From: Pseudomonadota bacterium
GTDB lineage: Bacteria; Pseudomonadota; Alphaproteobacteria; Reyranellales; Reyranellaceae
Length of the DNA stretch: 64,000 bases
Reading direction: 5' to 3'
Assembly: GCA_023416135.1 (NCBI GenBank)
Contig: JAEZIF010000296.1
Location: 10,611 to 74,610 of the forward strand
The position numbers were made by a program, and so were the translations under genes. Numbering within the stretch: the stretch's first letter is position 1; the number at the start of each line of letters is the position of its first letter. Under the pieces are notes generated by a model. That model was not told the origin of the DNA. It saw nothing but the letters and a program-made list of their open reading frames with translations, and did not search any database. This document shows positions 47,147 through 56,405 of this stretch, piece by piece.

Positions 47147-48514
47147 TCAGCGCTTCGTCACCAGAGAAACCAGGGGAGGGCCGTTGCGGACCCTCGCAAG
47201 TTCCTCGGCGACAACGTCGAGCACATCATTGATCTGCTCGGGCGTGTGCTCGCTGGTCAGGAAGAATCGCAACCGCGCCTGGTTCTCGGCGACGCCCGGG
47301 AAGAAGGCCGGCACGACGTTGTAGCCGCGCGCCAGCAACCGCTCGGACAGGATCACGGCATGCGGCGAATTGCCGATCATGACGGGAACCACGGCGGCGC
47401 CGATGCTGAGGCCGGTATCGAGGTCGCGCTCCTTCGCGCCACGCAGGAAGGTGCGGCCGTTCTCGCGCAACCTTGCCAGCCGCCAAGTCTCCTGCCGCAT
47501 GATGTCGACAGCGGCATGGGCCGCCGCTGCGACGGGCGGAGAAAGGCCGACGCTGAACACGAAGCCCGGCGTTGCGTCCCTCAGTATCTCGATCAGGGGA
47601 CGACAGCCAGCGATATAGCCACCCATTGCGGCCAGCGCCTTGCTGAGCGTCCCCATCCAGATGTCGACGTCGGCGGGGGCTATGCCTTGTTCCTCGGCAA
47701 TGCCCCGACCGGTCGCGCCCAGCACGCCGACCGAATGCGCCTCGTCGACCATCAGCCAGGCATCGTATCGGCGCTTGAGCTTGACGAGGGCGGCCAGATT
47801 GGGAACGTCGCCATCCATGCCATAGAGACCCTCGACAACGACCAGGGCCCGGCGATGCCGCGCGCGGTTGAGGCGAAGCGTCCGCTCGAGCGCCTCCAGG
47901 TCACCGTGCGGGAACAGGATCCGCTTGGCGCCGGACAGGCGCACGCCCTCCATGATGCTGTTGTGGACGACGGCATCGCCGATCACGAGGTCCTCAGGCC
48001 CCATCAGGGCGCCGATGACCGACACGTTGGTGGCATGGCCGCTGACGAAGGCAAGGGCGTCCTCCGTGCCGTGCAGCCGCGCCAGCGCGGCATCGAGATC
48101 GCGATGGAGCTGGCGCTCGCCGCCCGCCAGTCGGCTGGCCGACACCGATGTTCCGAAACATTCGATGGCTGCCTTGGCGGCGGCCGCGACGGACTCGTGT
48201 CCGTTCAAGCCGAGATAGTCGTAGGAGGAGAAGTTCACGATAGTCCGCCCCTCGATCGAGGTCGTGGCGCAGGCGCGGCCATCGTGCAGGCGATAGAATG
48301 GGCTGGCGATGCCGGTGATGTCGCCGACAGCGCGTTTGACCTTCAGAATTTCGTACTCCGGCAAATCGTCGAACCGCATGTCCGAGCGCCGCGGAGGGAA
48401 AGTGCGATGCGCCACGACGGAGGCGAGTTGCGGTGCCGATTCGTGGGGGGCCTTCAGGAAATCGCGCACTCTGTCGACCGTCTCCTGGGCGCCGGTACGG
48501 TTGTACGCGCTCAT
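47147..48514 (-). CDS. PLP-dependent alpha-oxoamine synthase (RkpG/WcbT-like; BioF/SPT family)
   Basis: NFSSYDYLGL, FGTSVSASR, SGHATN, HNSI, VEGLYGMDGD, VDEAHS, GTLSKAL. Confidence 0.92.
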   Translation of the reverse strand: MSAYNRTGAQETVDRVRDFLKAPHESAPQLASVVAHRTFPPRRSDMRFDDLPEYEILKVKRAVGDITGIASPFYRLHDGRACATTSIEGRTIVNFSSYDYLGLNGHESVAAAAKAAIECFGTSVSASRLAGGERQLHRDLDAALARLHGTEDALAFVSGHATNVSVIGALMGPEDLVIGDAVVHNSIMEGVRLSGAKRILFPHGDLEALERTLRLNRARHRRALVVVEGLYGMDGDVPNLAALVKLKRRYDAWLMVDEAHSVGVLGATGRGIAEEQGIAPADVDIWMGTLSKALAAMGGYIAGCRPLIEILRDATPGFVFSVGLSPPVAAAAHAAVDIMRQETWRLARLRENGRTFLRGAKERDLDTGLSIGAAVVPVMIGNSPHAVILSERLLARGYNVVPAFFPGVAENQARLRFFLTSEHTPEQINDVLDVVAEELARVRNGPPLVSLVTKR

Positions 48515-51500
48515 CGTGGTCCCTCCAGTTCGCGGACCCTTTCGAGCACCGCAGCGACGGCCGCGTGCTGGTCATCGAGGCCTGTCGCTTGGGCCTCGGC
48601 GGCGGCGTGGCTCGCCGCCAACGCCATGAGGCTGCTGGGCAGCGACTGCTCCGGGCTCTCGCCGGTAATCAACGGCAGCATGCGCCGGGCGACATCCATG
48701 GGGGCAATGCCGCTCGACAGTGACATCATGGGCAGGGTGATGCCGAGCGACTCCTCGACGGTGGTCCGCAACTCGAGCATCATCAGCGAGTCCATGCCGA
48801 TCTCCGCGAGCGGACGATGACGGTCGATCTCCTTGGGAGGCAGACGCAACACGCGCGCGATCTCCTCGACGACGATGTCGGCCAGGCCGTCGATCGCTTC
48901 GTCCGGGGCAAGTGCACGCAGGCGCTCGATGATGGCGGCGCCTTCCGCGACTTGGCGAGTTCCAGCCGCGGCGCCGATATTGCCGAACGTCGGGCTGCGG
49001 ACCGCCGCGAGTTCGCGCTTGGCCATGGCCCAGTCCATGCGGGCAATGGCGCTGGAGGCAGTTGTCTGCCGGCCGTCGGCGTCATGAAGCCAGTCCAGCC
49101 CGTCGAGCGCGGTCTGCGCTGTAATCAGGCTCGAAGCGAAGCGCTTCTTGAGGGTGATGTCGGCTGCGATGTTGCGCGACAGGTAGCCGGCATCCTCGAT
49201 GCCGCCCCATGCGACGGCGAGGGCCGGGACGCCACGCTTCTGCAGGCGCCGAGCCAAACCTTCCAGGAAGCCGTTGGCGGCAACATAGTTGAACTGGCCT
49301 GGATTGCCGAAAAGGGTCGTCGCCGAGGAGTAGAAGAGAAGGTAGTCGAGGTCGAGATTGGCTGCGACGCGCTCCAGGTTGAGGGCGCCGCGGACCTTGG
49401 GCTGCATGACGATCTCGATCGCCGTCGCATCCATGCCCTCGATCAGGCGATCGTCGAGGACCATGGCGGCGTGGACAATGCCTTTGATCGGGCCTCGTGC
49501 GGCCAGACGCTGCAGGCTATCGGCGAGCGCGGCTGCGTCTGACACGTCGAGCCGTTCGACGGTGACGTCGATTCCGCGAATGCGCCAGGCTTCGACCTTT
49601 GCGAGATCGTCCTCCCCGAGTTGGGCGCTGCGGCTGGCCAGGACCAGTCGCGTTGCACCCCGTTCGACCAGCCAGGCGGCGGTCGAGAGGCCAAACCCAC
49701 TGGTGCCGCCGATGACGAGATGGATAGCGTCCGTTGCGACGGGAAACTTGCCGCTGCCGGCGATCCAGGCGCTGGGCTGCCGGGGCGCGGTGACGACGAT
49801 CTTGCCGATGTGACCGGACCGCTGCATCAGGCGGAAAGCATCGGCAATGTGATCGGCGTCGAAAGCGCGATAGGGCAGGGGCACGAGAGCACCCGTGACG
49901 AAGAGCTCAATCAGTTCGGCGAACAGCCGTTGTGCCAAGTCCTCGTGCTCGCCGATCAACTGGTCGATGTCGACGCCGAAATAGGAGAGGTTGCGCCGCA
50001 GGGGACGCAGTCCGAGATGCGTGTTTCCGTAGAAGTCGCGCTTGCCGAGCTCGATGAAGCGGCCGAATGGCCGCAGGCAATCCATGGATCGCGCCATGGC
50101 TTGGCCGGCCAGGGAGTTCAACACGATGTCGACTCCCTTGCCGCCGGTGTATTCGGCGATCTCATCGGCGAACGATAGGCTGCGCGAACTACAGACGAAG
50201 TCGACGCCCAGATTGCGCAAGAAGGCGCGCTTTTCGTCGCTGCCAGCAGTGGCGATCACCTTGGCGCCGCGATGGCGTGCAATCTGGATGGCAGCGAGGC
50301 CGACAGCTCCTGCACCGCCGTGGATCAGCACGATCTCGCCGGCGCGAAGCTGTCCGAGGTGGGCCAGTGAATAGTACGCGGTGAGGAAGGCCACCGGGAT
50401 TGAGCACGCCGCCTCGAACCCAATTCCAGCCGGCAGCGGGCTGACGGCAAAAGCGGGCGCCACCACGCGGCTGGAGAAGGCGTGGGAGGCGAAGGCGATA
50501 ACGCGGTCACCAACCTTGAAGGTTTCGACGCCGTCGCCCGTCCGAACCACGGTTCCGGCGCATTCCATGCCGAGGCCCGGCCCGGCATAGCCATCTTCCA
50601 GCGCTTCTTCGGGCAGCAACCGCAAATTCCACATGACGTCGCGGAAGTTCAATCCCGTAGCCGCAACGTCGATCTCCACCTCGCCTGATTGTGGCTCCCG
50701 GCGCGGGGCGGCAGTCCATGCCAGGCCGCTGCGTCCATGATCATGGCTGCTGGCCAGGACGATGGACGTTTCATCTGCGGTTTTGTGGCCGTGCCTCGAA
50801 GCAACGCGACCGGTGCGTACGCGGAATACACTGCGCTTTTCGCCGCTCATGAAGATTTCGCGCTCTTCATCGGGCGTCAGCAGTTCCCCGGCGACCTGCT
50901 CGAGCGTCGTCGACATTGCGCCGGCAAGGCCAAGGCAGCGGATGGGCAAGCCAGCGTATTCGTTCTGGGCCACGCGCATGGCAGCCGTGACGGCGCACCA
51001 TTCCGGGAGTTCGAGCGGAGACGCCGTGACGGCGTGTTCCCCGAAGTCCATCACGACCCACAGTCGGCAGGGATCGGCGGCAAGCTTGCGGCAGCGTTCG
51101 GCGAGGCCCGCCAGATGGTCGAGGAGAGACTTGGCGGCCGCGTCGGGATCGGTCGGGACATGGATCAGCCAGGCCACGTCGGTCACGGCCGGAGTGCCGT
51201 CAGCCGCCGGATGATCATGGTGATGAAGGCGGTTGCGCAGGCCGTCGAACCGCGAGCCGGACTTCGGAACGTCGCCTTCCCAGGAAATGATGGGCAACTC
51301 GCCCGAGGTGGGTGCAGCGACCTTCGCGCGGGTGCCGGCGACGCCTCGGACCATCACGCCAATGCGCACGTCGCCCAGGATGGGTGTCGCCAGTACCTCG
51401 TCGAACCCGGCGGCCTCCCACTCGTCGACCCACTCCTGGCCGGTCAGCAGGGCGCCGACGGGGAATTCGGTATTGGCCGAGCGCGTCCACCAGTTGGACC

Positions 51501-54500
51501 GTGTCCCGCGCACGATATCCCAGAACACACTGGGCGCCGGCTCGGCTGAATGCATCGCCGCACCGGGCCGCAGGGCCCGGACGACCTGCGCCAAGCCGCT
51601 AGGCGTCGCGGCGACCTCGGCGAGACCGTCGATCGAGACGGCGAGATCCATGCTGGCGGCTGGCAGGTGCTCGACATCGGTCCAGCCCAGGCAACGTACC
51701 CGGCCGTAGTCGTCGGCCAGCAATAGGCGCGCCTGCTCGAGCCGGTCCTTGTCGATGTCCGCGACCGTGATCTCGAGATTCGGGAAACGCTCGACAAGGT
51801 CGATCGCGGCATCGATGTGATCGGCTCCGATCATCAGCAGGCGGAGCAGGCGATGGTCACCGCACTGGGAAAGGATTTCCGCGACACTGTCGAGAACGGC
51901 TTCCTGCAACAGACGCGCCTGGGACGAAGTGACGGCGAGCTGACGCCAATGTGCCGTGTTGAGCTCGGCAGGTGCCGTGCGATCGCCGGCAACGATGCGT
52001 CCGAGGAGCTCCTCGACACGCGCCAAGCTGGCGGCCTCGCCCGCCATCGTCGGATGTCGCAGCGCCAGGGAGCTTACGATCGATGCGACGTCCGGGAGGT
52101 CGCAGCTCTCGGCGACGATTCGCCTACCGTCACGTTCGGCAGCGAGCCCTCGATACTCGAGATGCCAAAGGAGGGCTGAGCGTAGGAACGCAACCCAGCC
52201 GGCAGCGGCCGGTTCGTCAACGCTCCGGTCGGATACATCGGCGGCGAAATCTCCGTCCATTGTTACGAAGGCTTTCCAGGCCGCGTACAGGCAGCCCGCC
52301 TCGAGTAGGAGGAGCGCTTCGCTGAGGGCTCCCTTCTCACCAAGTGAAACCGGGCATGACGTGAACGTCGTCTCGAGGACGGTCGGCGCACCCGCCCGGT
52401 CTAGCTGCCAGGTCGTCATGCCGTAGGTGAGGGAGCCGACGTCGACCGTCGCGGCGGTTGGGGCTTCGATCAGCCGGGCGCGCTCAACGGCGAGGATGAG
52501 CTTGCCGTCAACATCGTACAGCTCGATATCGATGAGCAAGGATGTCGGCGACTGCCGAAGCGTGCGGGCGACGGCGTGCGTCGCGGCCTTTCCAGGGGCG
52601 AACACCCTGACGCTTCCGAAATGGATCGGCAGATACGGCTTCATCGGCATGTCCGCGACGCCAGCTTCTTCGGAAGCAAACAGCGCGTGGAACGCCGAAT
52701 CGAACGCGATGAAGTCGACGACGTACAAACCGACCGTATCGGGTGACGGCGCATCGAGGGAGGCGACGGCGCGCTTCGGGTGCGGGAAGACGACACGATG
52801 GACGCGCTGGAAGGCGGGTCCATATCCGAAGCCGAGTGCACGGGCGCTGGCGTAGACCTGCGGCTTGGCGACCGAAGGCTTGCCGGGAGGCACCTGCTCC
52901 AATGCCACCATCCTTCCGGCAATCGGTGAGCGGTGGACGACGCCGCGCGCATGCAGCGTCCAATCCACGACACCACCGCGGGCGCGTGACAGGAACTCGG
53001 CGACGCCCGTCTCGGGGGACAGGCGGAGCAGAGTCTCGTACGACGCACGGCCGTCGAAGACCAGTGGCCGCACGATGTCGAAGTCCCTGAGCTCCAGCGG
53101 GGCGTCGCCATGGACGGTGCGCGCTGCCGCGAGCATGACTTCGGCGTAGGCGGTTCCGGGAAAAACGGGAGATCCGGCAACCTTGTGATGCTGCAGCCAT
53201 GGGAAGAGCTGGGGATCGACCATGGAAAACCATTCAAAGCAGTCCAGCCGCGGCCGGCGACCGAGCAATGGATGCTCGGCCGGCGACATGACGGTAGAAG
53301 CCTCGATGGTCCCCTGGGCAATGAACGGTGTGTGCTGCCAGGGATAGAGCGGAAGCGCCACAGCGGTTGCCGGCGGCGGTCCGAAGAAGCGCTGCAGATC
53401 GACATCGCCACCGGCGAGCAGGACCTTGGCAGCGGAGCGTTCGATGGGATCGCCGCCCGTTTGGGAGTCAATCTCGCTCATCGTCTCGATGATCGCACCG
53501 CGTACGCCTGCCTCGCGCTGAACGTCGCGGACGTAGCTGGAAAGAATAGGCTTGGGTCCGATCTCGACGAAAATCTTGATTCCATCCTCGAGCAGCCGTG
53601 ACAGCGCCGCTTCGAACTGCACCGGGGCGCGCACGTTGTGCCACCAATGCTCCGCGCCGAGCATTTCGGCGCTGGCCGCTTCGCCGGTGACCGAGGAGAT
53701 CATCTTGCGTCGCAGCGTCAGCGGCTTCAGACCTTCGAGCTCACGCAGCAGCGGTGCCCGGACGCAATCGACCAGGGCGCTGTGGAAGGGATAACCGATA
53801 TCGAGCTTGCGCGCGCTGACGCGCAGGCGCTCGGCGGTGACCAGCACACGATCAATCTCGTGGAGCGGGCCGGAGATCGTCACGCTACGCCAGCTGTTCA
53901 CCGCGGCAACGGCGACGTCATGCGCATCGACTGCCTTGAGGAAGCGTCGTGCCTCGCGCTCGCTGATCATCAGCGCGGCCATGCCCCCAGTGCCGTGTGT
54001 CGCCTCCTGATGCCTGCTGCGCGCGATCACTACGTCGATCGCTTGCTCCAGGCTCAACGCTCCGGCTGCCCAGGCTGCGGAAATCTCGCCGACGCTGTGG
54101 CCCAGCGTGGCCGTCGGCACGACGCCTGCGTCTTCGAGGGCGCGCACAGCGGCGACCTGGAGCGCCAGCAGCAGCGGCTGGGAATGCGAGGCGCGCCGCA
54201 GCTTGTGCTCCAGATCGTCGGCGAAGAGGTCTTGGACGATCGACCAGCTCTGCACCTTGGCGAAGTGTTCGTCGATATCCTTCAGGGCCTCGCGGAAGGG
54301 GATGTTGGTGTTCCACGCTTGGCGGCCCATGCCCGCCCATTGGGCACCGTTGCCGGAGAACAGAAAGGCCACCGGGAGGTCGTTGCCGAGCGCCTGCCCG
54401 GTCATGACCGCAGGGTCCTTTTCGCCGGCGGCAAGATGCCGGGCGCGCTGGCGGATCTCCTCGGTTGTCTCGCCGAGGACCAGGGCGCGGTGCGGCAGCA

Positions 54501-55956
54501 GATCGCGCTGGTGCGCACAGGCGGCGATGAATTCCGCAGCGGCGCGCGGTGCTGCGGGCCAATGTTCGTCGCTCGCTGCCGCAAGTTGCGGCAGCGCTTC
54601 GACGCTGTGCGCTGTCAGGAGCAGGGGCGGGGCAGGCGCCTCGTTGCGAAAATAGACGACATGCGCCGTGCTGACGTCGCTGCGTACGATGGCATGGGCA
54701 TTGGTGCCGCCGAAGCCGAACGAATTGACTCCAGCCAGCCCCTGAACGCGGCGTTCGGGCGGGCGCCAGTTGCGATCGACAACCCGAAGGTTGAGCTCGT
54801 CGAACGGGATGTTGGGGTTGGGGGTCTGCTGATGCAACGTTGCCGGCACCACGCCGTGCTCCAGCGCCAAGACCGACTTCAGCAATCCGGCGAGGCCCGA
54901 TACCGGCTCGAGATGGCCGATGTTCGACTTCACCGAGCCGATCGGCAGCGGCTGAGCCCGCCGCTGCGCCAGGCCCTTACCCAGAGCATCGGCCTCGATC
55001 GGATCGCCGACCGGGGTCCCCGTGCCATGGGCCTCGACGAACAGCAGATCGGCAGGGTCGATCCCGAAATCGTCGTAGACGCGCTCGACCAGGCGACGCT
55101 GCGACTCGGCCGACGGCAACGACAGGCCGGTGGTGCGCCCGTCCTGATTGATGCCTGAGCCGACGATTACGCCGTGAATGCGGTTGCGTGCCTTGCGGGC
55201 CGCCGCCATGGATCGAATTACCATGACGATCGTGCCTTCCGAGCGGACGTAACCGTCGGCGCCGGCGTCGAAAGGGCGGCACAAGCCGGTCGGCGACAGC
55301 ATCGTCGCGCGTGAAAAGCCGACATAGGAGAATGGCGACAGCAACATGTTCACGCCGCCGACAATCGCCGTGTCGATCGTCCCGTTGCGGATCGCCTCCG
55401 ACGCCAGGTGGAGCGCGACCATGGAGGACGAGCACGCGGTGTCGATGGCGATGCTGGGGCCGCGCAGGTCCAGCGTGTAAGAGACGCGATTGGCCGCGAT
55501 GCTGACGGAATTGCCCGTCATCATGTGCACGTCGGCCATCGAAGGGTCGGCAAAAAAACGCGCGACGTGATCGACCGAGGAGGCGCCGACGTAAACGCCC
55601 GCTTCGCTGCCAGCCAGGGTCGATGGTCGGATGCCGGCGTGGGCGAGCGCGTCGTAGGAAACTTCGAGGAGATGGCGATGCTGCGGGTCGACTTGAGCGG
55701 CCTCGCGCGGGCTCATGCCGAATGCGGCAGCGTCGAAGCCCCAGATGTCGTCGATCACGCCCGCAGCGAAGGTGTAGGAGCGGCCGGGCTGATCAAGTGC
55801 CGGATGGTAGAATGGACCCGTCGGGAACCGATCCGGCGTGATTTGAGTGATAGCGCAGCGGTTATCTTTTAGCAGCTGCCACAACCCAGCGCTGTGCTGC
55901 GCGCCTGGAACGCGGCAGGCATAGCCAACGATGGCGATTTCGCCTCTGGACTGCAT
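48511..55956 (-). CDS. Reducing type I polyketide synthase, KS-AT-DH-(degenerate MT)-ER-KR-ACP (RkpA/WcbR-like)
   Basis: KS DTACSSS, EAHGTGT, KSNIGHLE; AT GHSVGE, YPFHS; DH HKVAGSPVFP; ER IHGGAGAVG; KR GGTSGFG, VLDD, YVAAN; ACP GMDSL; no TE. Confidence 0.95.
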   Translation of the reverse strand: MQSRGEIAIVGYACRVPGAQHSAGLWQLLKDNRCAITQITPDRFPTGPFYHPALDQPGRSYTFAAGVIDDIWGFDAAAFGMSPREAAQVDPQHRHLLEVSYDALAHAGIRPSTLAGSEAGVYVGASSVDHVARFFADPSMADVHMMTGNSVSIAANRVSYTLDLRGPSIAIDTACSSSMVALHLASEAIRNGTIDTAIVGGVNMLLSPFSYVGFSRATMLSPTGLCRPFDAGADGYVRSEGTIVMVIRSMAAARKARNRIHGVIVGSGINQDGRTTGLSLPSAESQRRLVERVYDDFGIDPADLLFVEAHGTGTPVGDPIEADALGKGLAQRRAQPLPIGSVKSNIGHLEPVSGLAGLLKSVLALEHGVVPATLHQQTPNPNIPFDELNLRVVDRNWRPPERRVQGLAGVNSFGFGGTNAHAIVRSDVSTAHVVYFRNEAPAPPLLLTAHSVEALPQLAAASDEHWPAAPRAAAEFIAACAHQRDLLPHRALVLGETTEEIRQRARHLAAGEKDPAVMTGQALGNDLPVAFLFSGNGAQWAGMGRQAWNTNIPFREALKDIDEHFAKVQSWSIVQDLFADDLEHKLRRASHSQPLLLALQVAAVRALEDAGVVPTATLGHSVGEISAAWAAGALSLEQAIDVVIARSRHQEATHGTGGMAALMISEREARRFLKAVDAHDVAVAAVNSWRSVTISGPLHEIDRVLVTAERLRVSARKLDIGYPFHSALVDCVRAPLLRELEGLKPLTLRRKMISSVTGEAASAEMLGAEHWWHNVRAPVQFEAALSRLLEDGIKIFVEIGPKPILSSYVRDVQREAGVRGAIIETMSEIDSQTGGDPIERSAAKVLLAGGDVDLQRFFGPPPATAVALPLYPWQHTPFIAQGTIEASTVMSPAEHPLLGRRPRLDCFEWFSMVDPQLFPWLQHHKVAGSPVFPGTAYAEVMLAAARTVHGDAPLELRDFDIVRPLVFDGRASYETLLRLSPETGVAEFLSRARGGVVDWTLHARGVVHRSPIAGRMVALEQVPPGKPSVAKPQVYASARALGFGYGPAFQRVHRVVFPHPKRAVASLDAPSPDTVGLYVVDFIAFDSAFHALFASEEAGVADMPMKPYLPIHFGSVRVFAPGKAATHAVARTLRQSPTSLLIDIELYDVDGKLILAVERARLIEAPTAATVDVGSLTYGMTTWQLDRAGAPTVLETTFTSCPVSLGEKGALSEALLLLEAGCLYAAWKAFVTMDGDFAADVSDRSVDEPAAAGWVAFLRSALLWHLEYRGLAAERDGRRIVAESCDLPDVASIVSSLALRHPTMAGEAASLARVEELLGRIVAGDRTAPAELNTAHWRQLAVTSSQARLLQEAVLDSVAEILSQCGDHRLLRLLMIGADHIDAAIDLVERFPNLEITVADIDKDRLEQARLLLADDYGRVRCLGWTDVEHLPAASMDLAVSIDGLAEVAATPSGLAQVVRALRPGAAMHSAEPAPSVFWDIVRGTRSNWWTRSANTEFPVGALLTGQEWVDEWEAAGFDEVLATPILGDVRIGVMVRGVAGTRAKVAAPTSGELPIISWEGDVPKSGSRFDGLRNRLHHHDHPAADGTPAVTDVAWLIHVPTDPDAAAKSLLDHLAGLAERCRKLAADPCRLWVVMDFGEHAVTASPLELPEWCAVTAAMRVAQNEYAGLPIRCLGLAGAMSTTLEQVAGELLTPDEEREIFMSGEKRSVFRVRTGRVASRHGHKTADETSIVLASSHDHGRSGLAWTAAPRREPQSGEVEIDVAATGLNFRDVMWNLRLLPEEALEDGYAGPGLGMECAGTVVRTGDGVETFKVGDRVIAFASHAFSSRVVAPAFAVSPLPAGIGFEAACSIPVAFLTAYYSLAHLGQLRAGEIVLIHGGAGAVGLAAIQIARHRGAKVIATAGSDEKRAFLRNLGVDFVCSSRSLSFADEIAEYTGGKGVDIVLNSLAGQAMARSMDCLRPFGRFIELGKRDFYGNTHLGLRPLRRNLSYFGVDIDQLIGEHEDLAQRLFAELIELFVTGALVPLPYRAFDADHIADAFRLMQRSGHIGKIVVTAPRQPSAWIAGSGKFPVATDAIHLVIGGTSGFGLSTAAWLVERGATRLVLASRSAQLGEDDLAKVEAWRIRGIDVTVERLDVSDAAALADSLQRLAARGPIKGIVHAAMVLDDRLIEGMDATAIEIVMQPKVRGALNLERVAANLDLDYLLFYSSATTLFGNPGQFNYVAANGFLEGLARRLQKRGVPALAVAWGGIEDAGYLSRNIAADITLKKRFASSLITAQTALDGLDWLHDADGRQTTASSAIARMDWAMAKRELAAVRSPTFGNIGAAAGTRQVAEGAAIIERLRALAPDEAIDGLADIVVEEIARVLRLPPKEIDRHRPLAEIGMDSLMMLELRTTVEESLGITLPMMSLSSGIAPMDVARRMLPLITGESPEQSLPSSLMALAASHAAAEAQATGLDDQHAAVAAVLERVRELEGPR

Positions 55957-56080
55957 CCCCGCGTCTCTCCCCGTCGCCGATAAGTGTCGAGCTCTTTTCG
56001 TCGCATCACGGCTTCCACCGTCAGTGCCTCCCGAGACACTCGATGCGCCACATCTGCCGGATCAAACACTCCGGAATCGC

Positions 56081-56104
56081 GATGTGAACTCTAGTCTTCA
56101 CATC
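56081..56104. promoter_or_regulatory. Perfect 8-bp inverted repeat upstream of the PKS operon
   Basis: GATGTGAA-CTCTAGTC-TTCACATC. Confidence 0.45.
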
Positions 56105-56288
56105 TGCTTTATGGCGCTGCAGCAAAGCCAAGTCCAAGAATTTTTGTAATGACTCAAAATATCGCTTGCCGAATGGCGATCGCTCTCGAGCGCACTTATC
56201 TGCAGTGCCTTTGCGTATATTCCCATAATGGTCCGAACAGTAGTTCGCGATACATATTGCGATTTCTCCGCAAGAGAACGCCACGGCT

Positions 56289-56306
56289 TGTTGCGACCTT
56301 GCAACA
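56289..56306. promoter_or_regulatory. Palindromic candidate operator upstream of the OmpA gene
   Basis: TGTTGC-GACCTT-GCAACA. Confidence 0.45.
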
Positions 56307-56405
56307 CAAATCCACAATAGTCGCGGTCCTTATGCAGTAGCTGATGCGATGGTTGGAAATGCAGGTGTAAGGTCTGAAGGTTGAGTTTTTTTGGGAGATG
56401 GCTGC

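Noticed and set aside
47147..48514. Biotin gene bioF or a canonical bacterial sphingolipid spt locus
   Set aside because: No other bio genes, free ACP or ceramide synthase nearby; it is coupled to a PKS as with rkpG/wcbT
3272..55158. Many long antisense or alternative-frame ORFs (e.g. 3272-4885, 47246-48820, 53638-55158)
   Set aside because: Shadow ORFs typical of high-GC DNA; Arg/Ala/Pro-rich with no motifs and overlapping well-supported genes
56115..56140. Sigma-54-like GG-N10-GC sites upstream of the PKS
   Set aside because: Two overlapping partial matches, neither with a good TGGCAC; could be chance
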